Positions 1 through 5,125 of a DNA stretch of 5,125 bases are shown here, one piece after another. Source of the DNA: a virus (Duplodnaviria > Heunggongvirae > Uroviricota > Caudoviricetes). Below the pieces are notes generated by a model. It made no database searches and was not told the origin of the DNA. It was given only the letters and a program-made list of their open reading frames with translations. The position numbers and the translations under genes were made by a program. Each line of letters opens with the position of its first letter. Position 1 is the stretch's first letter. The DNA is taken from IMG/VR virus record IMGVR_UViG_2713896784_000014. One strand, given 5' to 3'.

Positions 1-145
1 TCGTGACATTTCGTGACGCACTCACCAGAAGGTGGATATACACCGCCATCACTGTTGCGATTGGCTGTCCTGAGACCCTGGCAATGGTTCGCCATTTGGG
101 ATCATTTGGCATGTCATGCCACAATCTGAGCCAGGCATTAGCCAT
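1..145 (-). CDS. 5' end (48 codons) of a prophage early-right gene, probably a YdaU-like replication-region protein; start ATG at 145-143, 3' end lies beyond the window start
   Basis: Manual minus-strand translation from ATG 145-143 is open to position 2: MANAWLRLWHDMPNDPKWRTIARVSGQPIATVMAVYIHLLVSASRNVT. A GAGGTGA Shine-Dalgarno sits directly upstream and overlaps the TGA stop (155-153) of the preceding gene. Position after cro and ydaT matches the Rac-type order. The family assignment is from memory of similar prophage N-termini and is not verified. Not in the ORF track because it has no stop in the window. Confidence 0.5.
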   Translation of the reverse strand, partial: MANAWLRLWHDMPNDPKWRTIARVSGQPIATVMAVYIHLLVSASRNVT

Positions 146-152
146 ACTCACC

Positions 153-431
153 TCATCTGATACCGAACTTTACCCTCGAACATCCGGAAGAAATCCGGCA
201 TGAATATTGTTGGTCAANNNNNNNNNNNNNNNNNNNNNNNNNNNNNNNNNNNNNNNNNNNNNNNNNNGTATTACGAGCCAGGGCTTCCGGATGGCTGTCG
301 TCGTACAGTTCCGGGAACGTCATCCCCAGCTCGAAATAAGTCCGGGCTATTTCAGCTGCAGGAACTTTCTCACCGTCCGGATAGGCCCAGGCATTGATCG
401 CCATGCGGATGTGCTCATGTTTGATTTTCAT
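153..431 (-). CDS. YdaT-like protein (so-called toxin YdaT / CII-like family of Rac-type prophages); reading frame passes through a 50-N assembly gap so true length is uncertain
   Basis: ORF track 153..431 (-). N-terminus MKIKHEHIRMAINAWAYPDGEKVPAAEIARTYFELGMTFPELYDDSHPEALARN; the MKIKHEHI start is characteristic of YdaT-family proteins as I recall them. Start ATG 431-429 overlaps the cro-like stop TGA 430-428 (ATGA coupling). SD-like AAGGGGG lies 4 nt upstream. Stop TGA 155-153 sits inside the SD of the next gene. Confidence 0.6.
   Translation of the reverse strand: MKIKHEHIRMAINAWAYPDGEKVPAAEIARTYFELGMTFPELYDDSHPEALARNXXXXXXXXXXXXXXXXXXDQQYSCRISSGCSRVKFGIR
218..267. other. Assembly gap: run of 50 N
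   Basis: Positions 218-267 are all n in the sequence; the gap length may be arbitrary. Confidence 0.95.
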
Positions 432-655
432 GAATCCCCCTTTCCTTCGCCCTGAGTGGTATCCTTCTTTTTGTAAAGTTCTGGGTTCAAAGATAATTTC
501 CCCTTGGAGTATGCAGCAGCTTCCGCAGCCCTCCCCTTCGGAACTATTTCACCAGGACGCTTACGCCACATGTAAATAGCTTCGCGGGTTATCCCATAAA
601 AATCGGCAACCCTCTGAACAGAACCAAAAAACTGGACAAGTTCATCAACTCGCAT
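428..655 (-). CDS. Cro-like small HTH DNA-binding protein (YdaS/Cro family), 75 aa
   Basis: ORF track 428..667 (-) begins at a TTG; the internal ATG at 655-653 is preceded by a perfect GGAGG (664-660) with a 4-nt spacer, so 655 is the likely start. Protein MRVDELVQFFGSVQRVADFYGITREAIYMWRKRPGEIVPKGRAAEAAAYSKGKL... has a GxxxxVAxxxGITxxAIYxW helix-turn-helix pattern typical of Cro/YdaS-like proteins. It is divergent from the CI-like repressor. Confidence 0.8.
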   Translation of the reverse strand: MRVDELVQFFGSVQRVADFYGITREAIYMWRKRPGEIVPKGRAAEAAAYSKGKLSLNPELYKKKDTTQGEGKGDS

Positions 656-752
656 TTTACCTCCCAAATCTAAGTATTTTTAGATTACAAGATAATTTTT
701 TTTAGGTCAATGCAATCTAAAATAATTTATATTCAATTTGCAGGAGAAAATG
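656..752. promoter_or_regulatory. Divergent immunity-region control region (OR-like) with candidate PR-like promoter on the minus strand and PRM-like promoter on the plus strand
   Basis: 97-bp AT-rich spacer between divergent cro-like and cI-like starts. Minus-strand candidate promoter: -35 TTGACC (plus coords 710-705), 17-nt spacer, -10 TAATCT (687-682). Plus-strand candidate -10 TAAAAT (718-723) or TATATT (728-733). Contains the AATCTAA-N6-TTAGATT palindrome and an extra AATCTAA half-site at 714-720. Confidence 0.6.
667..686. promoter_or_regulatory. Operator-like inverted repeat AATCTAAGTATTTTTAGATT (7-bp arms, 6-bp spacer)
   Basis: Perfect 7-bp inverted arms read directly from the sequence; it overlaps the proposed -10 and start region of the cro-directed promoter. 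A 15/17 match recurs at 1475-1491. Confidence 0.55.
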
Positions 753-1397
753 ATGGAAAGCCTTGGCTTCAGGCTTAAGAGACTTAGAAAAGATAAGGGG
801 CTGACCCAAGTAGAACTGGGTAAGCTTTCAGGCGTGACTGGGGTTACTATAGGGTACTGGGAGAAAGATCTAAACGAACCAGGTAGCAAAGCTCTAAGTA
901 AGTTAGCCCAGGCATTAGGAACTACTGAGTCCTATCTCCTATATGGAGTATCGTCTCCTGAATTATCTTTTGTACAAAGTACCTCAGGCACCAAGATCCC
1001 CTACCTTTCGTGGGGTGAGGCGATTTCTTTCCTAATCTTAAAAGGAGAGAAAACAATGGGAAATGTCGATAGAATCACCACATTCTTTGATGTCGAGGAA
1101 GGTGATTTTGCCGTTTCAATGCCTGATGACACAATGCATAACCCATCAGGATCACCGAGTATCCCAGTTGGTGCTACTGTGATCCTAAGGCCAGGAGAAA
1201 GTTATAAAAATGGCAGCATCGTCGCTGTAATAGTTCCGGATCCGCTTAAAAATGAACCATCTATGACTATAAAGAAATTAGTTATTGATGGGAAGCTTGT
1301 GTATTTAAGCCCTCTCAATCCACGCTATCAGTCATCCTTACTTACACCAGAGTGTAAAATTGTTGCCGTAGCAAAAGGTGTACAGTTCAACTTATAA
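753..1397 (+). CDS. CI-like phage repressor: N-terminal XRE-family HTH plus C-terminal LexA/S24-type autopeptidase domain (214 aa from ATG 753)
   Basis: ORF track 738..1397 starts at TTG; the ATG ATG pair at 750-755 follows AGGAG (742-746), so the start is 753 (6-nt spacer) or 750. HTH segment LTQVELGKLSGVTGVTIGYWEKD. C-terminal segment KKLVIDGKLVYLSPLNPRY closely resembles the lambda CI C-terminus ([20 protein letters not shown], recalled from memory). Candidate catalytic Ser in AVSM (codon 1116-1118) and Lys-Lys in TIKKL (1272-1277). Stop TAA 1395-1397. Confidence 0.9.
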   Translation: MESLGFRLKRLRKDKGLTQVELGKLSGVTGVTIGYWEKDLNEPGSKALSKLAQALGTTESYLLYGVSSPELSFVQSTSGTKIPYLSWGEAISFLILKGEKTMGNVDRITTFFDVEEGDFAVSMPDDTMHNPSGSPSIPVGATVILRPGESYKNGSIVAVIVPDPLKNEPSMTIKKLVIDGKLVYLSPLNPRYQSSLLTPECKIVAVAKGVQFNL

Positions 1398-1418
1398 CCC
1401 GCCACGTCCTTTACTTGA

Positions 1419-1443
1419 GGTCGGCAATGCCGACCTTTTTTTT
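1419..1443 (+). terminator. Rho-independent terminator downstream of the repressor gene
   Basis: Perfect stem GGTCGGC (1419-1425), loop AAT, GCCGACC (1429-1435), followed by eight T (1436-1443), 22 nt after the stop codon. Confidence 0.75.
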
Positions 1444-1446
1444 AAA

Positions 1447-1492
1447 TTAATCTAGATTTACCTTGACTGAAAAACTAAATACTTTTAGATTT
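1447..1492 (+). promoter_or_regulatory. OL/PL-like region: candidate rightward promoter (-35 TTGACT 1463-1468, 17-nt spacer, -10 TAGATT 1486-1491) embedded in operator-like repeats
   Basis: 10-bp perfect palindrome AATCTAGATT at 1449-1458. 17-mer CTAAATACTTTTAGATT at 1475-1491 matches the OR 17-mer CTAAGTATTTTTAGATT (670-686) at 15 of 17 positions and overlaps the proposed -10. Confidence 0.5.
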
Positions 1493-1671
1493 ATTACATA
1501 CCACCCTACCTCGCCCCACAGAACGTCGGGCAATACCTCGAGTTACCCGGCAGTGGTCAGGGGTTAAGTAGCCAGCCCGAGGCGTATGAACATGACGGCG
1601 GGAACACTTTGTATAACAGCGCAGCAGGTTTTTAGTTCCGCGACCCGGCGTTAAGGGTAAATGAGGTCAAC

Positions 1672-1824
1672 ATGGATATGCTCAATCTTGGCAACAATGA
1701 ATCTCTGGTGTGCGGAGTATTCCCCAACCACGACGGCACGTTTACCGCGATGACGTATACCAGAAGTAAAACGTTTAAAACCGAAGCTGGCGCGCATCGC
1801 TGGTTAGCAAGAAACGCTAACTGA
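1672..1824 (+). CDS. Small ORF (50 aa) downstream of the PL-like promoter, hypothetical; possibly a YdaF-like Rac-type small protein
   Basis: Manual translation: ATG 1672 ... TGA 1822-1824 gives MDMLNLGNNESLVCGVFPNHDGTFTAMTYTRSKTFKTEAGAHRWLARNAN. SD GAGG at 1663-1666 with a 5-nt spacer. Absent from the ORF track, presumably because it is below the length cutoff. The family resemblance is a vague recollection and is not verified. Confidence 0.4.
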   Translation: MDMLNLGNNESLVCGVFPNHDGTFTAMTYTRSKTFKTEAGAHRWLARNAN

Positions 1825-2100
1825 TTAGCGCCAGTAAAAACAGGTTTCCACAGGTTAATTTACCCTGAAAAGTCAGGGCATAACACGAAAGCGCACGGCG
1901 AAGTTAGTCTCTCTGTATAGGTCGTCGTTAAATTTAATTCGACCGTGCGCTTCTGGTTGTGGCAATCCGCGAAATGGCGCGGCGGTAAGTATGGCGGGGT
2001 TATTCCTTCCCCCGTTGAGGACACCGGGTTGTCAGGTTGACCATACGCTTAAGTGACNCCCCAGCCACAACAACCTCTGTTATCACTTTTCTGGTGATTC

Positions 2101-2126
2101 GGCGGAAATGGATATCCGCCCTTTTT
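2101..2126 (+). terminator. Candidate intrinsic terminator on the plus strand
   Basis: Stem GGCGGA (2101-2106) and TCCGCC (2115-2120) with an 8-nt loop, followed by CTTTTTAAA (T-run 2122-2126). The long loop and only 6-bp stem make this moderate-confidence. Confidence 0.5.
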
Positions 2127-2304
2127 AAAGTGAATTTTGTGATGCGGTGAATGCGGCTATGCGCACGCGGAACAGTTAAAGCAGTAAGGCGGTCTTTTAC
2201 TGGCGTAACGAGCATCAACTAACCCGACGTTAATTGTTAACTGGTTAACGTCACCTGGAGGCACCAGGCACTGCATCACAAAATTCATTGTTGAGGACGC
2301 GATA

Positions 2305-2493
2305 ATGGAAACGTTATTACCAAACGTTAATACGTCTGAAGGTTGTTTTGATATTGGTGTTCTGCTCAGTAATAAAGCGTTTACTGAGGATGCCATTAAT
2401 ATGCGGAAATATGAGCCTTATCTGCTCAATGATAATTCCATTCTTTCCCGAATTGCCCTTATTAAACTTGGTATTTTCGGAGAACGTCAATGA
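2305..2493 (+). CDS. Hypothetical small early-left protein (62 aa)
   Basis: ORF track 2305..2493 (+). SD GAGGA at 2293-2297 with a 7-nt spacer to ATG 2305. Stop TGA 2491-2493 overlaps the next start (ATGA). Protein METLLPNVNTSEGCFDIGVLLSNKAFTEDAINMRKYEPYLLNDNSILSRIALIKLGIFGERQ; no family recognised. Confidence 0.55.
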   Translation: METLLPNVNTSEGCFDIGVLLSNKAFTEDAINMRKYEPYLLNDNSILSRIALIKLGIFGERQ

Positions 2494-2678
2494 CTTCAGC
2501 ATTTGCACTGGTGATGACGGTTTTTCTTATAACGGGTGAATCACAGAATGTTATTACCGGAATTTATGCCAGTAAAGAATCCTGCCTCCAGGCAAGAGAC
2601 GAGCAAAAAATTTCTGGTGAATGCCTACCGGTAAAAAAAGTATCGCTGTACCTGAATAACGAAACACCGGCTGGATAA
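2490..2678 (+). CDS. Hypothetical small protein (62 aa) with an N-terminal hydrophobic segment (signal peptide or single transmembrane helix)
   Basis: ORF track 2490..2678 (+). ATG 2490-2492 overlaps the upstream stop by 4 bp (translational coupling). Protein MTSAFALVMTVFLITGESQNVITGIYASKESCLQARDEQKISGECLPVKKVSLYLNNETPAG: residues 4-15 are hydrophobic, and the C-terminal part has two Cys. Confidence 0.55.
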   Translation: MTSAFALVMTVFLITGESQNVITGIYASKESCLQARDEQKISGECLPVKKVSLYLNNETPAG

Positions 2679-2773
2679 CCCGCCAGCCATATTAACGCCA
2701 TACCAACGGATTAAAAATGCCAGCAATGGCAGGGATTCGTTCACCCTGAAATCTGTAATGAGGTTAAAACACA

Positions 2774-5125
2774 ATGAGTAAAATCTTTATTTGCGCTGCT
2801 ATTCCTGACGAACAGGCCATAAAAGAAGATAGCGCTGTTGCGGTGGCCACTGCCATTGAAGCCGGTGATGAGCGTCGCGCACGCGCAAAATTTCACTGGC
2901 AATTTCTGGAGCAATTCCCGGCAGCTCAGGACTGCGCTTATAAATTTATTGTCTGCGAGGATAAACCCGGCATACCCCGCCCTGCCCTCGATTCCTGGGA
3001 TACCGAATATATGCAGGAAAACCGCTGGGATGAGGAGTCAGCTTCCTTTGTACCGGTCGAACCAGAATCCGATCCGATGAACGTCAATTTTGACAAGCTG
3101 TCCCCTGAAGTACAGAACGCAGTCCTGGTTAAATTCGACACATGCGAAAACATCACCGTTGATATGGTGATTAGCGCACAGGAATTACTACAGGAAGACA
3201 TGGCAACATTCGGCGGACATATCGTTGAAGCGTTGATGAAAATGCCAGAAGTTAACGCCATGTATCCTGAACTTAAACTGCATGCCATCGGGTGGGTTAA
3301 GCATAAATGTGAGCCTGGCGCTAAATGGCCTGAAATTCAGGCAGAGATGCGCATCTGGAAAAAACGTCGCGAAGGTGAACGCAAGGAAACCGGAAAATAC
3401 ACGTCTGTTGTTGATCTCGCCCGCGCCAGAGTCAACCAACAGAACCCTGAAAACGCTGCTGAAAAAACCGGGGCTGTCACTGTTGCCATTCGCCGCGAAT
3501 ACAAACAGACATGGAAAACACTCGACAATGAACTGGCCTGCGCCCTCTGGCCCGGTGATGTGGATGCAGGAAACATTGACGGTACCATCCATCGCTGGGC
3601 GACAAATGAGGTTATCGACAAGGATCGCGAAGACTGGAAGCGTATCTCAGCATCAATGCGCAAACAGCCCGAAGCACTTGGCTATGACCGTCAGACTATT
3701 TTTGGCCTTGTTCGCGAACGTCCGATCGATATTCACAAAGATCCCGTTGCACTGAACAAATATATCAGTGAATACCTGACGACAAAGGGCGTGTTTGAAC
3801 ATGAAGAAACAGACCAGAGCTCTACTGATGCTCTCCAGCCGTCAGCAGCACAAACTGCTCCAGTGGAGACGGCAGAATCCGATACTCAAAAAAATGAAAT
3901 CCTGGTGGAAGCTGAACCATCTGTAGAGCGTGAAGGACCATTTTATTTCGTCTTTACCGATAAGGGCGGGGAAAAATACGGCAGGGCAAACAAACTTTCT
4001 GGTCTGGACAAGGCGCTGGCTGCCGGCGGTACCGAAATCTCAAAAGAAGAATATTTTGCCCGAAAAAATGGCACATACACGGGCTTACCGCAAAATGTGG
4101 ATACCGCTGAAGATTCCGAACAATCAGAGCCGGTAAAAGTTACCGCTGACGAAGTAAACAAAATTATGCAGGCAGCCAATATCAGCCAGCCTGACGCCGA
4201 TAAATTGCTTGCTGCATCACGTGGTGAATTTGTTGAAGGGATTAGCGACCCGAATGATCCGAAATGGGTGAAAGGGATCCAGAGTCGCGACGCTGAGGAC
4301 CAGAATCAGCCCAACGTGAAACAAAATGAGCCAGAAGCGGAACAAAACAGCCCGGATACGCAACAAAACGGGCCAGAAGAACAACAACCAGAACCAGCAG
4401 TGCAACAGGAACTGGAAAAAGTTTGCACCGCATGCGGTCAGACCGGTGGCGGCAACTGTCCTGACTGTGGTGCGGTGATGGGGAACGCAACCTACCTGGA
4501 AACATTCGATGAAGAGAATCAGGCTGAAGCTCAGAAAAATGATCCGGAGGAAATGGAAGGCACTGAACATCTGCACAAGGAGAACACTGGCAGCGATCAG
4601 TATCACGCCAGCGATAATAAAACTGGCGAAACAGCAAATCCCTTAATTAAAGTGAACGGTCATCATGAAATCTCATCCACCAGCAGGTTGTGGCACCATC
4701 TGATGATTGACCTTGAAACAATGGGAAAAAATCCTGATGCGCCAATAAACTCTATAGCCGGTAAGTTTTTTGATCCGGCAACCGGAGAGATGGGGCCAGA
4801 ATTCAGCAAAACTATCGATCTGGAAACCGCAGGTGGGGTCATCGATCGGGACACCATTAAGTGGTGGCTGAAACAGTCACGCGAAGCACAATCCTCCATT
4901 CTGACCGATGAAATCACGTTGGATGATGCACTGCTGCAATTCCGGGAATTTATCGACGAAAACTCCGGTGAATTTTTTGTTCAGGTCTGGGGTAACGGTG
5001 CAACTTTCGACAACGTGATTTTACGCCGTTCATATGAACGGCAGGGGATCCCCTGCCCGTGGCGTTACACCAATGATCGCGATGTAAGAACGATGGTTGC
5101 TCTGGGACTGGTGATGGATTTCGAC
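2774..5125 (+). CDS. recE: RecE-like recombination exonuclease (exodeoxyribonuclease VIII-like), 784 codons with the 3' end beyond the window; C-terminal part carries DEDD/DnaQ-like 3'-5' exonuclease motifs
   Basis: Manual codon-by-codon reading from ATG 2774 (in-frame stop TAA at 2765-2767 just upstream) finds no stop codon through 5125. Missing from the ORF track, presumably because it has no stop in the window. Contains DKLLAASRGEFVEGISDPNDPKWVKGIQ, which I recall as RecE-like. C-terminal motifs MIDLETMG (Exo I, about 4703-4726) and WGNGATFDN (Exo II, about 4991-5014). Sits where exo/bet-type recombination genes lie in lambdoid early-left operons. The gene symbol is by family resemblance only. 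Confidence 0.85.
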   Translation, partial: MSKIFICAAIPDEQAIKEDSAVAVATAIEAGDERRARAKFHWQFLEQFPAAQDCAYKFIVCEDKPGIPRPALDSWDTEYMQENRWDEESASFVPVEPESDPMNVNFDKLSPEVQNAVLVKFDTCENITVDMVISAQELLQEDMATFGGHIVEALMKMPEVNAMYPELKLHAIGWVKHKCEPGAKWPEIQAEMRIWKKRREGERKETGKYTSVVDLARARVNQQNPENAAEKTGAVTVAIRREYKQTWKTLDNELACALWPGDVDAGNIDGTIHRWATNEVIDKDREDWKRISASMRKQPEALGYDRQTIFGLVRERPIDIHKDPVALNKYISEYLTTKGVFEHEETDQSSTDALQPSAAQTAPVETAESDTQKNEILVEAEPSVEREGPFYFVFTDKGGEKYGRANKLSGLDKALAAGGTEISKEEYFARKNGTYTGLPQNVDTAEDSEQSEPVKVTADEVNKIMQAANISQPDADKLLAASRGEFVEGISDPNDPKWVKGIQSRDAEDQNQPNVKQNEPEAEQNSPDTQQNGPEEQQPEPAVQQELEKVCTACGQTGGGNCPDCGAVMGNATYLETFDEENQAEAQKNDPEEMEGTEHLHKENTGSDQYHASDNKTGETANPLIKVNGHHEISSTSRLWHHLMIDLETMGKNPDAPINSIAGKFFDPATGEMGPEFSKTIDLETAGGVIDRDTIKWWLKQSREAQSSILTDEITLDDALLQFREFIDENSGEFFVQVWGNGATFDNVILRRSYERQGIPCPWRYTNDRDVRTMVALGLVMDFD

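Noticed and set aside
1-17. Direct repeat TCGTGAC at 1-7 and 11-17, considered as possible origin iterons
   Set aside because: Only two short copies are visible at the window edge, inside coding sequence; that is insufficient evidence.
3-203. Plus-strand ORF (66 aa) from the track
   Set aside because: It starts at a GTG with no RBS and lies antisense to the coupled ydaT-like and replication-gene ORFs, so it is most likely a shadow ORF.
200-579. Plus-strand ORFs 200..397, 207..455 and 394..579
   Set aside because: They run through the N gap and/or are antisense to the well-supported cro-like and ydaT-like genes, and have no RBS.
707-889. Minus-strand ORF (60 aa)
   Set aside because: It is antisense to the N-terminal HTH region of the CI-like repressor and begins inside the operator region, so it is a shadow ORF.
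1500-1671. Possible tRNA or small RNA gene in the PL-like leader
   Set aside because: No cloverleaf-compatible arms or T-loop-like GTTCGA motif, and no convincing stem structure could be found by eye.
2000-2218. Arg-rich minus-strand ORF (72 aa), considered briefly as an N-like protein
   Set aside because: It is on the wrong strand for the PL-like transcript, spans the terminator hairpin and the ambiguous base, starts at TTG, and has only a weak RBS.
2157-2539. ORFs 2157..2396 (-), 2317..2508 (-) and 2348..2539 (+)
   Set aside because: They are antisense to, or out of frame with, the RBS-supported coupled ORFs 2305..2493 and 2490..2678.
2730-2757. Second CCCTGAAA-containing hairpin (CAGGG-N9-CCCTG) upstream of the exonuclease gene, considered as a second nut/boxB-like site
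   Set aside because: The stem is only 5 bp with a 9-nt loop, and the match to the 1863-1878 hairpin is limited to 9 nt; it is too weak to call.
2838-4917. Track ORFs inside the large gene (plus 2838..3080, 3282..3755, 3930..4136; minus 2938..3288, 3188..3592, 3337..3663, 3943..4179, 4217..4606, 4242..4637, 4663..4917)
   Set aside because: All lie out of frame or antisense within the continuous 784-codon frame starting at 2774, which has a coherent protein sequence with recognisable motifs.
1-5125. CRISPR arrays, insertion sequences, integrase or an attachment site
   Set aside because: No regularly spaced direct repeats, no transposase- or integrase-like ORF, and no terminal inverted repeats were seen in this window.

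Overview
This window reads as the immunity and early region of a lambdoid (Rac-like) enterobacterial prophage; all calls come from manual translation and motif reading, with no database search. On the minus strand a translationally coupled early-right operon runs leftward: a Cro-like HTH gene (655..428), a YdaT-like gene (431..153, interrupted by a 50-N assembly gap) and the first 48 codons of a replication-region gene (145..1, continuing off the window). Divergent from it on the plus strand is a CI-like repressor (753..1397, N-terminal HTH plus C-terminal LexA/S24 autopeptidase domain). The 97-bp intergenic region carries operator palindromes, and a near-identical 17-mer recurs downstream of the repressor terminator inside a PL-like promoter. 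Downstream lie a 50-aa ORF missing from the ORF track, a roughly 480-bp structured ORF-poor stretch, two overlapping 62-aa ORFs, and a 784-codon open frame (2774..5125, no stop in window) that the track omits. That long frame encodes a RecE-like recombination exonuclease whose C-terminal part carries DEDD (DnaQ-like) 3'-5' exonuclease motifs. The provided ORFs that overlap it are out-of-frame or antisense and are rejected. No rRNA, tRNA, CRISPR array or transposase was seen. The candidates most worth follow-up are the two coupled small early-left ORFs, the structured leader with no N-like antiterminator ORF, the repressor lacking a canonical Ala-Gly/Cys-Gly cleavage dipeptide, and the exonuclease domain architecture.
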